NCBI GenBank assembly: GCA_963802945.1
Contig: CAWDKY010000015.1
Coordinates: 224,001-288,000 of the forward strand
Reading direction: 5' to 3'
DNA length: 64,000 nt
Source of the DNA: an uncultured delta proteobacterium
GTDB lineage: Bacteria > Desulfobacterota > RBG-13-43-22
The position numbers and the translations under genes were made by a program. The notes beneath the pieces were generated by a model. That model saw only the letters and a list, made by a program, of their open reading frames with translations, made no database searches and was not told the DNA's origin. Each line of letters begins with the position of its first letter. Within the stretch, counting starts at the first letter, position 1. Of this stretch, positions 11,336-21,319 are shown one piece after another.

Positions 11336-12061
11336 TTAAGACTCTTTTTCTCCCCAGATTCGCATCCCTAATATGCCGATTTCGAAGAGCAGATAAAGAG
11401 GAACGGCCATCAGCATCATATTGAAAGCGTCGGGGGTAGGGGTCAAAACCGCCGCCAGAATGGCGATGATTAAAATAGAATAGCTTCGGTACCTGGTTAA
11501 CAAACCCACCTTCACCAGACCGATTCGGCCTAAAAGGATCATGGTCAAAGGCAGTTCAAAGATGATCCCGAAAGCGAAGATAAAAAGGAGACAAAAAGAG
11601 ATAAACTTTTTTACGGAAATAAGGGCCTCTATATGAGCCCCCTGATAGCTTAAAAGAAATTTAACCCCAAAAGGAAGAGTAATAAAAAGACAGAAACCAG
11701 ATCCCAGATAGAACAGGAAGACTGCTCCGAGCCAGAAGCCGATCATGATCTTCCGGGAAAAAGAAGGGAAGACAGTCCGCAGGGCCGCCAGAATCTTAAA
11801 CAGCAAAAACGGCATGGTCACAAACAAAGACGAAAATAAGGCGATGTTGAGTAAGGCGAAGAAAGTTTCTGAAAGCCCGTAGTAGGCCAGAGTAACTCCG
11901 GTATGCATTTGTAAAAAATTCAGAATCGTTTTGGCAAAGGCGTATCCGGCAATGGAAAATATCAGGACCACTACGCCGATTTGTATCAGGGACCTTCTTA
12001 AGGCCACAAAAAACAAGATGAGTCGATCTGGGTGTCCGATATATTCTGCCAAGGGGCGCAT
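11336..12061 (-). CDS. tatC: TatC-family protein (divergent)
   Basis: Six hydrophobic segments, FELP and LTPTPD motifs; N-terminal half lacks the usual conserved residues. Confidence 0.8.
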   Translation of the reverse strand: MRPLAEYIGHPDRLILFFVALRRSLIQIGVVVLIFSIAGYAFAKTILNFLQMHTGVTLAYYGLSETFFALLNIALFSSLFVTMPFLLFKILAALRTVFPSFSRKIMIGFWLGAVFLFYLGSGFCLFITLPFGVKFLLSYQGAHIEALISVKKFISFCLLFIFAFGIIFELPLTMILLGRIGLVKVGLLTRYRSYSILIIAILAAVLTPTPDAFNMMLMAVPLYLLFEIGILGMRIWGEKES

Positions 12062-12804
12062 TATGATGATTTATCTCTTAATGCTTTTTTAATTTCCGAA
12101 CGATGGGTTTGGAAGGTTTGGTCGATGAGACGATTCAAAGGCTCTTGAATCTCGGTTACGTTGGGCAAGGCCCGAAGAACAAGCACTTTTTCTCTGGAAA
12201 AATCGAGCGGTCTCAGGAGTAATTTCTCCTCTAACAAGGGTACGGACCGAGGATCGGTATTCTCGCCCAACACCCCTTTCAAGCCATCCGCGCCTTCAAT
12301 GGATTTAATTAAAGACAAAATATCGGGCAAACTGTAACTGGATTTGAATTTAGTCAGATCCTCATTAAAAAGGGCTGCCTGCTTTTGCAGGATATTAAAT
12401 TCCTCCAAAAGTTCATCTATTTTGGCTTTGGCCATATGATATAAGGTAAAAATCAGGCTTTTATATTTCCCTTTAGCCGTAAAGGCAAAGGGAAAGTCAG
12501 ACGGTATCGGAGAAGGATTGATGCCTCGGTCTTGGATGGCCTGTTTTGCCGATTCGATTAAATCCCCTCTTTGTAGCAGGTCTAAAAAAGATTGGCCTTC
12601 CTCTTCCCCCATAAATAGGTGATGAATCCTGATCAGTATCGGCAGGACCTCTTGCTGACTGGCCTTTTCTAATTTTTTCTCCTGACGGATGAGGTCATTA
12701 CGTTCTTCCTCCAGGATTTTACGGGTACCAAAATAATTTTCGGCAATTTCTTTTTTAACCTGATAGGCCAAGGCCGAAGCTATGTCTCCAACTTGACGGG
12801 GCAA
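12061..12804 (-). CDS. Hypothetical helical protein, translationally coupled to tatC
   Basis: 247-aa ORF; TAATG overlap with tatC. Confidence 0.75.
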   Translation of the reverse strand: MPRQVGDIASALAYQVKKEIAENYFGTRKILEEERNDLIRQEKKLEKASQQEVLPILIRIHHLFMGEEEGQSFLDLLQRGDLIESAKQAIQDRGINPSPIPSDFPFAFTAKGKYKSLIFTLYHMAKAKIDELLEEFNILQKQAALFNEDLTKFKSSYSLPDILSLIKSIEGADGLKGVLGENTDPRSVPLLEEKLLLRPLDFSREKVLVLRALPNVTEIQEPLNRLIDQTFQTHRSEIKKALRDKSS

Positions 12805-12816
12805 ATCCGATACTCC

Positions 12817-13824
12817 TTATTTCTCCGATCTTTGTAATACATTGAAAGATAACCCTTCTTTCCAGAGTAATAGAAGTCCTAATGCGGTAACTGGTAAAAA
12901 ATTGCATATCCACAAGACCAGAGAAAAACTTTTAGCCTGATTGGCCTCTACGCCTAATAGGATCAACCCGGCGGCACAAGCCCAATGAAAGGTCCCAACA
13001 TATCCCGGTGCCGAGGGCAGGGTTACTCCAAAAACCAAAACCACCTCTAAAAAGACGGACGCCCAGAGGGATAAGGGCAAATGAAAACCGACAAAAAGGA
13101 GATAGAGGGAAAAAGACAGCATCAGCCAAAGAAAAAAGGAATAAAAAATGATAATCAAGATATCTTTGGCCTCTTTCAAGACATCCAAACCGGAAACAAA
13201 GGAATTAATTTGTTTTGTAATTTTATTGGAGATTTTTTCAGGCAGTTTTTTTAAAAAAAAGGAAATGACTTGATTGGCCCTTCGGTTCTGAAAACGCAGC
13301 AACAGTAAAAAGATAAGGACCGAGGTATAAAAGAAAAAACTCAATAACCCGATTGTCTTAATAGCACCCTGGGTAAAAACGGAAGAACGATCCGGAGGAA
13401 AAGACATAAAAAAAATGACGACCAAAAACAAAAAAAGAACCGTAAAGCCGTCAAACAACCGCTCAACAACAATGGTGGCAAAGGAAGCGGTTTTGCTGAT
13501 CTTGGCCCGATGACCCAAGACAATGGCCCGGACAAATTCTCCCACTCGAGCCGGAAAAATATTATTAGCCATAAGACCAATAGTCGTGGCATTGAACAAT
13601 TCCCACATCCGGATTTTTTTTAGGGGACGTAATAGATACTCCCATCGTTTAGCTCGGATCCAAAGAGAAAATAAATTAATTAGCATGAGAGGGACGGTAT
13701 AAATATACTCCACGTTTTTGAAGGTTTCCCAAACTCCTCTGAGATCAATTTTTCTTAGGAACAACCACAAGAAGAAAATACTGATCACCAAGCCTATCCA
13801 ATAACTTCTTTTTTTCATAGTCAC
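12817..13824 (-). CDS. Lysylphosphatidylglycerol synthase TM / flippase-like (UPF0104) membrane protein
   Basis: NNIFPARVGEFVRA, ERLFD and PSAPGYVGTFH motifs. Confidence 0.85.
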   Translation of the reverse strand: MTMKKRSYWIGLVISIFFLWLFLRKIDLRGVWETFKNVEYIYTVPLMLINLFSLWIRAKRWEYLLRPLKKIRMWELFNATTIGLMANNIFPARVGEFVRAIVLGHRAKISKTASFATIVVERLFDGFTVLFLFLVVIFFMSFPPDRSSVFTQGAIKTIGLLSFFFYTSVLIFLLLLRFQNRRANQVISFFLKKLPEKISNKITKQINSFVSGLDVLKEAKDILIIIFYSFFLWLMLSFSLYLLFVGFHLPLSLWASVFLEVVLVFGVTLPSAPGYVGTFHWACAAGLILLGVEANQAKSFSLVLWICNFLPVTALGLLLLWKEGLSFNVLQRSEK

Positions 13825-14036
13825 CTGAGTTGAAACTTGTTGAGATTTAAAGGGGAAAGGAGTCGAGGGTTCAAATCAATGGGTTAGAAATTCAATCCCC
13901 TAATCCTCAAATTCTAAATTATATATAAAATCAGAAAAAAACCTCAACTGGTTATGAGGCCATTCTTTTGATTTGATCGCCGATATACCGAATTTGGTCC
14001 AGAGAAATCGTTAGTCCAGAGGGAAGGTAGCGTCCT

Positions 14037-14558
14037 CTATATCCGACCCAGCATTGAGGAGTAATCATTATCTACCCCAAGCATATCCAGCAAAACGGAG
14101 ATCTGACCCCTGTGGTGCGTTTGATGATTAAACCACTGAAGAAGAATCTTCCATAAGATGTTCTCCATATCTTCTCCTTTAAAATTTTTATATTTAAAAA
14201 CAGACTTCAGTTTGTTTTCATCGAGTTCTTCAATAAATTGTAGGATCACCTTATCGATTTGTTTCCTATAGGCAAATAATTTTGTATAATTGGCCTCAAT
14301 TTCTTTTCGCAAACTCTTGCCTTCCAAGGCAAGGAGGTTGCTGACGGTTAAGGCATTGCTTTCTTTAAAGGCGTCCCTAAGCCGTTTTAACCAAAAAAGA
14401 TCAGAGAAGAAGACATGAAACAAAGTGTCAAAGATCGACGGGAAAAAAGCCTTCGTTTTGGCCATGATCATTTCTTCTTTTAAAGACTCAAGTAATTCTA
14501 TTATACTCTGATCAACGCTGCTGTTGTACTTGGCCAAGGCCTGAAAAATGGTTTTCAT
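14037..14558 (-). CDS. DinB family protein
   Basis: FFPSI..TLFH and FNHQTHHRGQ motifs; RBS AAAGGAG before the ATG at 14558. Confidence 0.85.
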   Translation of the reverse strand: MKTIFQALAKYNSSVDQSIIELLESLKEEMIMAKTKAFFPSIFDTLFHVFFSDLFWLKRLRDAFKESNALTVSNLLALEGKSLRKEIEANYTKLFAYRKQIDKVILQFIEELDENKLKSVFKYKNFKGEDMENILWKILLQWFNHQTHHRGQISVLLDMLGVDNDYSSMLGRI

Positions 14559-14795
14559 ATTTTCTCCTTTCCAAGAAAGTTTCAAGAAATTAATTTTTCA
14601 AACTTTTCCCCATGGTAACGTTACGAATGCTTGAGAAGGGCGAAACCTTTGGGTGTTAACCTCAAGTCCTCCGTTTTCTTCCGGGGCGGGCATGCTTTGA
14701 TGAAAAATATGGAAAGTGTCCCTCGTTCTCCTCCCAGTTCCCTCTTTAGGTAAAGTAATTTTTGAATAAAGTGGCCAACGTCTCTTTCCTTCAGG

Positions 14796-15019
14796 GTCTC
14801 CTATTTCCCCGATGGGACCATCTCAGTCATCCGTTTCATTCCTAATGATCGTAAACTGGATATCTTGGGTGAATATTTAAAATACTCCAGAATTTGGTTT
14901 ACTCGTATGTTCGTACAAAAATCATTACCCAGTTACACGAGATTCAGAGCTTTTATGGAGAGAATCTGGCGGTCACTTTCTCTTATCATCTCCCTCTTTG
15001 GATCGACCCTAATCCCTAA
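14796..15019 (+). pseudogene. Frameshifted 3' remnant of an integrase-core/IS transposase-like gene
   Basis: Translates as FPDGTISVIRFIPNDRKLDILGEY / NLVYSYVRTKIITQLHEIQ...FSYHLP; no start, one frameshift; family assignment is from recall. Confidence 0.45.
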
Positions 15020-15042
15020 AATGGGTAACCGATGCAGGCTAT

Positions 15043-16461
15043 TTAGAAATGAGCCCCCTTCCCAGGCAATCGTATTAACACGGATGTTCCCCCTCCTATC
15101 GCACTAACTATCCGAATAGTTCCTTTGTGGGCTTCTATGATATTTTTGACAATGGCCAGTCCCAATCCGCTGCCTTTTTCCTTGGTGGTATAAAAAGGAT
15201 GAAAGGCCCTGGCCAGCTCTTCCTCGGACAGACCCGACCCCGAGTCCTTGATCTCTATTTCCACTCCCAGGGAATCATACCGGACCTTGATCCCGATGGC
15301 CCCGCTCTCGGGTGTTGCCTGAATGGCGTTCAATAAGATATTAAAAAAGGCCCGATAGAGCAAATCCTGGTCCCCTGGAATGGTCTGAGTCCCTGGGAGA
15401 TAATCTTTCTGAACCGTTATCTGTCGGTGGGTCAATTCCGTTTCCAAAAAATGTAAATTTTTTTCCAGGATGGTTTCTATCCGAACCGGGGTCATCCGGG
15501 GAATCAGAGGCCGGGCGAAGTCCAGAAAATCAGTCACGATGCGATTCAACCGATCGGCTTCTTCCCGGATGACCGAGGCCAATTGGTTTTGAGGATCAAA
15601 CTGAATCACCTTTTTTTCCAACAGATCAGCCGTACTGCGGATAATCCCCAGGGGATTTTTGATTTCATGGGAAACCGAAGCGATCATCTCGCCCAGTGTG
15701 GCCATTCGTTCGGACTGGTGCAATTTGTCAACCAGTTGCTTTTTTTCTTCGGCCCTTCTTTCTATGATCACTTCTCCCCGTTTGACAATAAATAGAAGAA
15801 TCAGATATAGGAGAACCATAAGGCCAATCGAAAATAAAACCATCAGGTATTGATCCCAGATAATGTCTTCATAATCTTGAGAAATATCCTGGGTGATCTC
15901 AAAGACCCCCAGAATCTGACTATCAGGCCTTGAGGTAGGTTCTACCCTAAAAGGAATGGTGGTGATTAATTTGCGGATCGGAGCCCCGCTCCCAGGTCGA
16001 ATCATTAATAAACTCTTTTCGGAAACAAATCGGGAACTGCTTTTGCCAGTCATGGCTTTTTTGTAATCCGTTCCTCCCAGATCCTTCTTGCCGACCAGAG
16101 TTCGGTCGGTACTGTAGGCAATAATATTTTTCGGGTCATACATGTTGACTTTTTCAATTTTAAAACTATGGATCGTATTGAGAATGATCAGATCCAATTG
16201 CCTAAATTGCTGGGGTTCTCTAAGATGTACCTCTTTTCTTTGCAGGGCCATTGGCAGGACAAAGTAAAAAAATGCCTGATGATTGAGGTTCTCAGCCAGA
16301 AGGACGGCAAAGGCTTCGGTTTTTTTCAGCAAAGCATCCTTGGACCGCTGGGTAATCAATAAACTTAGGGATACAGCAAAAATCAGCATAACAATAAAAC
16401 TGCTCAAAAAGAAATATTTGACCAGCTTAAAGGGCTTTGTGGTTTCTGGCAAAACTTTCAT
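15043..16461 (-). CDS. Membrane sensor histidine kinase (no adjacent response regulator)
   Basis: Two TMs, SHEIKNPL H-box, NAIQA, DSGSG, GSGLGL. Confidence 0.92.
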   Translation of the reverse strand: MKVLPETTKPFKLVKYFFLSSFIVMLIFAVSLSLLITQRSKDALLKKTEAFAVLLAENLNHQAFFYFVLPMALQRKEVHLREPQQFRQLDLIILNTIHSFKIEKVNMYDPKNIIAYSTDRTLVGKKDLGGTDYKKAMTGKSSSRFVSEKSLLMIRPGSGAPIRKLITTIPFRVEPTSRPDSQILGVFEITQDISQDYEDIIWDQYLMVLFSIGLMVLLYLILLFIVKRGEVIIERRAEEKKQLVDKLHQSERMATLGEMIASVSHEIKNPLGIIRSTADLLEKKVIQFDPQNQLASVIREEADRLNRIVTDFLDFARPLIPRMTPVRIETILEKNLHFLETELTHRQITVQKDYLPGTQTIPGDQDLLYRAFFNILLNAIQATPESGAIGIKVRYDSLGVEIEIKDSGSGLSEEELARAFHPFYTTKEKGSGLGLAIVKNIIEAHKGTIRIVSAIGGGTSVLIRLPGKGAHF

Positions 16462-16469
16462 AGTTCTCT

Positions 16470-17909
16470 TTATAGAATAAATTTTTTATTTGGTTTTGAG
16501 GAGAGGTCCGCATCTTTGCCTTCTCTTTCAAATCCTTTTCTTCCCAAGAGGGCGTAGGTCAACCTTTTTCCTTCTTCCACCCCGGGCTGGCTTAAGGGAT
16601 CGATGCCCATCAACCGACCGCAGACGAAGGTCTCCAATTCCCATAAGAAAATTAGTTGTCCAATAGTAAAAGGATTGATTTTAGGCAGGGTAATGGTTAA
16701 ACTCGGTCGCCCATTTCGGGCCAGGGATAAACGGGTGGCCAACATCTCAGTTTGAATCAACCGGTTCAGGGAATGCCCTCCCAAATAAGCCAATTCTTCC
16801 GCCTTGGGGTACAGTTTAGGCAAGTGAATCAGTCCGGCATAATTTTTGACCCCGAGAAAAGAAAAAACCTTGTCTGCGGGTCCTTCCATGTATAACTGTA
16901 ATTGGGAATGCTGATCCGTGGCCCCCAGGGCTGTCACCGGAGTTTGACCGTTATAAACTTCCCGACCTTTGATATTAAACCGCTTCCCTAAACTTTCGGC
17001 CCATAATTGGCAAAACCATTCCCCCATCCCTTTTAAAGCATCTCCATAGGGCATGATCACCCTGATGTTTTTTTTCATCTGCTTGTAACTCAGGAAAGAC
17101 AAACAGGCACACCAATAAGCCGGATTTTCCCGTAAGGAAAGATTCTGGCAGCGTCCAGCCATTTCCCTGGCCCCGGCCTGCAGTTCCTCGATATCGATTC
17201 CACACATGGCAGCCGGCAGCAAGCCCACGGCTGACAGGACTGAGAATCTTCCACCCAGCAATGAGGGAATTTCGAAACTCCTGAATTGTTCTTCTTCGGC
17301 TATTTTTCTAAGCACTCCCTGTAGCGGATCGGTGGTAATAACCAGGTGATCTTTTCCCTTACGGTTACCCAGCTTTTTTTTAAGCAGATCCCTGATAATC
17401 AGAAATTGGCTCATGGTTTCAGCCGTTCCGCCGGACTTGCTGATTACATTAAAGACAGTCCTTCGAGGTTCCAGTACATCCAGTAAGGCCTTAAACCCAT
17501 CAGGGTCCACATTGTCGGCCACAAAGAGCCGGGGGAATCCTTTCCGCATGGTTTTGGACAACAAGTTATAGTGGGGATGGGAAAGGGCCGTATGGAGGGC
17601 CTTAGCCCCCAATGCCGATCCGCCAATGCCCAGAACCACAAAATTTTCCGCCCAGGTTTTGGTCCCCTGAACGAATTTTTTTATTTTTTGGATTAGAGGC
17701 AGATTAAAGGGAATCGTTAAAAAAGGAAGATGATCTTGGGTTCTTTCTTCCTCAAGCTGTTCGTTTATGTTGTGAATCACTGGACTCAGCTTTTCTACCT
17801 CTTCCTCGGCAATCCCTTCCTTTTCACCCAGGATTGGGGTCATCATCAGGTTGGCATCGATCTCTATTTGCATTTCCTGAATCCAGGACGAATCCTGCCA
17901 TCTTTTCAT
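16470..17909 (-). CDS. pgi: Glucose-6-phosphate isomerase
   Basis: GIGGSALG, ISKSGGTAET, GGRFS, QLWAESLGK and QPGVEEGK motifs. Confidence 0.93.
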   Translation of the reverse strand: MKRWQDSSWIQEMQIEIDANLMMTPILGEKEGIAEEEVEKLSPVIHNINEQLEEERTQDHLPFLTIPFNLPLIQKIKKFVQGTKTWAENFVVLGIGGSALGAKALHTALSHPHYNLLSKTMRKGFPRLFVADNVDPDGFKALLDVLEPRRTVFNVISKSGGTAETMSQFLIIRDLLKKKLGNRKGKDHLVITTDPLQGVLRKIAEEEQFRSFEIPSLLGGRFSVLSAVGLLPAAMCGIDIEELQAGAREMAGRCQNLSLRENPAYWCACLSFLSYKQMKKNIRVIMPYGDALKGMGEWFCQLWAESLGKRFNIKGREVYNGQTPVTALGATDQHSQLQLYMEGPADKVFSFLGVKNYAGLIHLPKLYPKAEELAYLGGHSLNRLIQTEMLATRLSLARNGRPSLTITLPKINPFTIGQLIFLWELETFVCGRLMGIDPLSQPGVEEGKRLTYALLGRKGFEREGKDADLSSKPNKKFIL

Positions 17910-17976
17910 GAGGTATTCCCTTCGGCCTTCAGTCTTCTGTCTCTCTACCTGAGTTGCTGTCTTATTTACTTTAACA

Positions 17977-19311
17977 CTATGTTTTTTCTAAATTCAACCT
18001 TTTCCGCCAGTATTCCAGGCGGGTTTTAATGGTTTTTTCATAGCCTCGTTCCGTTGGATGATAAAATCGGTGACCTTTTAATTCCTCCGGCAGATTTTCC
18101 TGGGCCACTAAGCCTTCCGGATAGTCATGGGCATAACGGTATCCTTGTCCATATCCCAAACCTTTCATCAAGGCAGTCGGGGCATTCCGGAGGTGTAGGG
18201 GAACCGGCAAAGACCCCGTTTTATTAATAGCTTTTTTAATGACGCCGTCGGCCAGATAAAGGGTATTGCTCTTGGGAGCAGTGGCCAGATAGACAGCAGC
18301 TTGAACCAAAGCAAGTTCACCTTCCGGGGATCCTAAAAAATGATAGGCCTCCTTGGCTGCCAAAGCCTGGAGCAAGGCCTGGGGATCAGCCAGACCGATA
18401 TCTTCCGAAGCGAACCGAATCATTCTCCGGGCGATAAAAAGGGGGTCCTCACCGGCATCCAGCATCCGGGCCAGCCAGTATAACGCCCCGTCGGGATCAC
18501 TGCCCCGCAGGCTTTTATGGAGGGCGGAGATCAGGTTGTAATGCTCTTCTCCCGCCTTGTCGTATCGCAAGGCCTTTTTTTGCAGGGCCTCTTCCACTAT
18601 GGCCCGGCTGATCAGACAGGTGCCGTCGGCCTCGGGTTGAGTCAAGGCCAAGGCCTGTTCCAAGGTGTTCAGGGCTATTCGGGCGTCGCCGTCGGCCAGG
18701 ATTTTGATCAGTTCCAGGGCATCTGGGGCCAGACTCGTCTGATTCTTTCCCAGTCCTCTTTCCGAATCCTTTAAGGCCCTTTGAATAATCTTCTCCAAAT
18801 CCGGCCTAGTTAAGGTTTTTAAAACCAGAACTTTGGTCCGGGAGAGCAAGGGGGCGATGACCTCAAAAGAAGGATTTTCAGTGGTGGCTCCGATCAGGAT
18901 AATGCTTCCCTTTTCCACATGGGGCAAAAAAGCATCTTGCTGAGCCTTATTAAAACGATGAATTTCATCGACAAATAAAATGGTCCTTTGGCCCTTCTCC
19001 TTTAATCGTTCTTCGGCTTCCTTGACCACTTCTCGGATATCTTTGACCCCTGAAAGGACGGCCGAAAATTGGATGAAATGGGCCTTGGTATAACGGGCCA
19101 TCATCTGGGCCAGGGTGGTCTTCCCTGAGCCCGGAGGCCCCCAGAAGATCAAAGGAAAGATCTTTCCCGACTCCAACATGCGCCGTAACAATCTGCCCTC
19201 TCCCAGCAGGTGCTCCTGCCCCACAAATTCTTCCAGATTTCGGGGACGCATTCTATCAGCCAGGGGAGAGAGGTTTTCCGAGTGAAAAGTTTTTAATAAT
19301 TCTGAAGTCAT
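17977..19311 (-). CDS. rarA: Replication-associated recombination protein A
   Basis: [29 protein letters not shown] and [11 protein letters not shown] motifs. Confidence 0.95.
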   Translation of the reverse strand: MTSELLKTFHSENLSPLADRMRPRNLEEFVGQEHLLGEGRLLRRMLESGKIFPLIFWGPPGSGKTTLAQMMARYTKAHFIQFSAVLSGVKDIREVVKEAEERLKEKGQRTILFVDEIHRFNKAQQDAFLPHVEKGSIILIGATTENPSFEVIAPLLSRTKVLVLKTLTRPDLEKIIQRALKDSERGLGKNQTSLAPDALELIKILADGDARIALNTLEQALALTQPEADGTCLISRAIVEEALQKKALRYDKAGEEHYNLISALHKSLRGSDPDGALYWLARMLDAGEDPLFIARRMIRFASEDIGLADPQALLQALAAKEAYHFLGSPEGELALVQAAVYLATAPKSNTLYLADGVIKKAINKTGSLPVPLHLRNAPTALMKGLGYGQGYRYAHDYPEGLVAQENLPEELKGHRFYHPTERGYEKTIKTRLEYWRKRLNLEKT

Positions 19312-19355
19312 TTAACGCTCAAAGGAATTCAATAGAAATTTGGATACCGATGAAT

Positions 19356-20192
19356 TCAATTCCGCCTTTCGAGGCCCCAGATGATCTCCCCACCAAGAAC
19401 AAAAATGAGACAGGAGTAATAAATCCAGAAAATAAAGACCACCAAAAGCCCGAAAGAACCGTAAACGGCGGTAAAATTATTGATAAGATCCACATACAGA
19501 CGAAAGAGGTGTTTAGCTATCTCCCATAATCCGGCAATCAACAAAGAGGTGAGCAAAGCGGATCGGTTGCCGGGCCTTCGACTGGGAAGAAATCGAAACA
19601 AGATAAAAAACATCAAAACAGAAAAAAAATACCCCACGCCCACCCCAACCAGGTTGGCCCCAACCGGCTTCTGAAATATTTCAGGCAAAACGACCCCGAT
19701 TCGATCAGGAAAAGTTTTTATCAGATCGAAAATGTTGGTCAGGAAAATGGAAAGCAAAAAAAAGAGTCCGGAAATAAAAACCATGACCAGGTCATACAGC
19801 TTTTCTTTAAAATACCCATGTCGTATAGTTGATTCCAAGGTTTGATCCAACACCGTTCGGATGGAACTAAAAAGACGTGTAGCTGTCCATAATAAACCCA
19901 GAAATCCTATCAGCCCTACTATTTTTCTGTTCTTGATTAAATTCAGGATATTCGAGGTCATCTTGTGGGAGGCATTAGGGAGCATCTTTTCCAAATTCAT
20001 CTGGACATACCCGTGAATATCCTGTGAAGAGTAGAGGAAAAAGCCGAGGATGGACAAAATAACCAGGAGGAGAGGGATAAAACAAATCAACAAATTAAAG
20101 GCCAGGCCTGAGGCCAGGAAAAAAATATCATCCTCTTCCATTTTTTTATAGAACCCTATGGACTTCTTGGAAGAAGGCTGCTTCCGACTCAA
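19356..20192 (-). CDS. YihY/BrkB family membrane protein
   Basis: ASGLAFN and VYGSFG..WIYYS..LGGE motifs. Confidence 0.85.
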   Translation of the reverse strand: MSRKQPSSKKSIGFYKKMEEDDIFFLASGLAFNLLICFIPLLLVILSILGFFLYSSQDIHGYVQMNLEKMLPNASHKMTSNILNLIKNRKIVGLIGFLGLLWTATRLFSSIRTVLDQTLESTIRHGYFKEKLYDLVMVFISGLFFLLSIFLTNIFDLIKTFPDRIGVVLPEIFQKPVGANLVGVGVGYFFSVLMFFILFRFLPSRRPGNRSALLTSLLIAGLWEIAKHLFRLYVDLINNFTAVYGSFGLLVVFIFWIYYSCLIFVLGGEIIWGLERRN

Positions 20193-20533
20193 GGGTTTTC
20201 CTTCCGGTCAATGGCCTCGATCTTTTCCTGGGCCTTTAGAATTCGGTTGACGGCTTCATCAGTTTTCTCCGAGGCTTTTTCCACTTTTTTTAAGGCTTCT
20301 TCGGCTTTCCGCTGGGTCTCTAAAAGTCGTTGTTCAGTTTCTTCCAACTGCCTATTCAATTTTTCCAACCTGAGTTGTTCTTCTGAAGGAGCTTGTCTTT
20401 CCGGTTCGATTTTTCCGGACGGATCCGTCATAGGAGCTTCCGGAAGGGCAATGACCATTTTCGTCGGCAAACATCCCCCCAAGACCAGAGAGACAACAAA
20501 ACTCAGAATCATTATGAATTTTCTATAGATCAT
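20189..20533 (-). CDS. Small coiled-coil lipoprotein
   Basis: Lipobox LGGC, then heptad-rich EKL..QLEETEQRL. Confidence 0.7.
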   Translation of the reverse strand: MIYRKFIMILSFVVSLVLGGCLPTKMVIALPEAPMTDPSGKIEPERQAPSEEQLRLEKLNRQLEETEQRLLETQRKAEEALKKVEKASEKTDEAVNRILKAQEKIEAIDRKENP

Positions 20534-20555
20534 CTTATCCTCCTTATAAATTTGC

Positions 20556-21212
20556 TTAAGAGTCCATATCTTTCAAAGGACAAACATCACATCGAGGCTC
20601 CTTTTTTTTGCAATACTCTTTTCCCAGGCGAACCAGAAGGGCATGGTATTCATTATACAGTTGGGGGTCTGAAGGTAAATAATCCATAAAAAACGCCTGG
20701 AGTTCCTCGTAGCCGATATCGTCATCAATGAACCGATGCCGGGAGAAGATCCGATGGGTGTAGGTATCAACCACAAAGGTGGGCATGTTAAGGGCGTAAA
20801 GCAAAATACTGTCTGCCGTCTCAGGTCCGATACCCTTTACCGCCAACAACTCCGTGCGAAGAGATTCCAGGGGCTGATTCTGCATTTTTTGGATTTTACC
20901 TTGATATTCATGTAAAAAGAAGTTAAAAAAATTTTTTAACCTCCTGGCCTTGGTGCGATAATAACCGGCCGGCCGGATCCAATCCGATAAAACCGTCTCG
21001 TCCACCCGATGTAAAAAAGAAGGGGAAAGGGCTCCTTCCGCCTTTAATCGTTTGATGGCCTGCTCGACATTTCCCCAGGCCGTATTCTGAGTCAGGATGG
21101 CGCCTACCATCACTTCTAAGGGACTGTCTCCCGGCCACCAGCGGCTGGGACCCAAATGATTATACATCCGGTCATAGATATCCATCAGTTTTGAATTGTT
21201 TTTCGATCTCAT
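20556..21212 (-). CDS. Endonuclease III-related HhH-GPD protein
   Basis: WWP, GAILTQNTAW, GIGPETADSILLY and C-terminal Cys cluster; ATG 6 nt after TGnTATAAT (possibly leaderless). Confidence 0.85.
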   Translation of the reverse strand: MRSKNNSKLMDIYDRMYNHLGPSRWWPGDSPLEVMVGAILTQNTAWGNVEQAIKRLKAEGALSPSFLHRVDETVLSDWIRPAGYYRTKARRLKNFFNFFLHEYQGKIQKMQNQPLESLRTELLAVKGIGPETADSILLYALNMPTFVVDTYTHRIFSRHRFIDDDIGYEELQAFFMDYLPSDPQLYNEYHALLVRLGKEYCKKKEPRCDVCPLKDMDS

Positions 21213-21261
21213 AAAAAAATTATAACAAACCCTCCCCATTTAAACAATCTCTTTTCCTTAC

Positions 21262-21290
21262 TTGACGAAGCCATGAAAATAGCCTAAAAT
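21262..21290 (+). promoter_or_regulatory. sigma70-like promoter for fusA
   Basis: TTGACG-17 bp-TAAAAT. Confidence 0.6.
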
Positions 21291-21319
21291 CCTACCACTT
21301 TTAAAGGAAACGACAAAAA

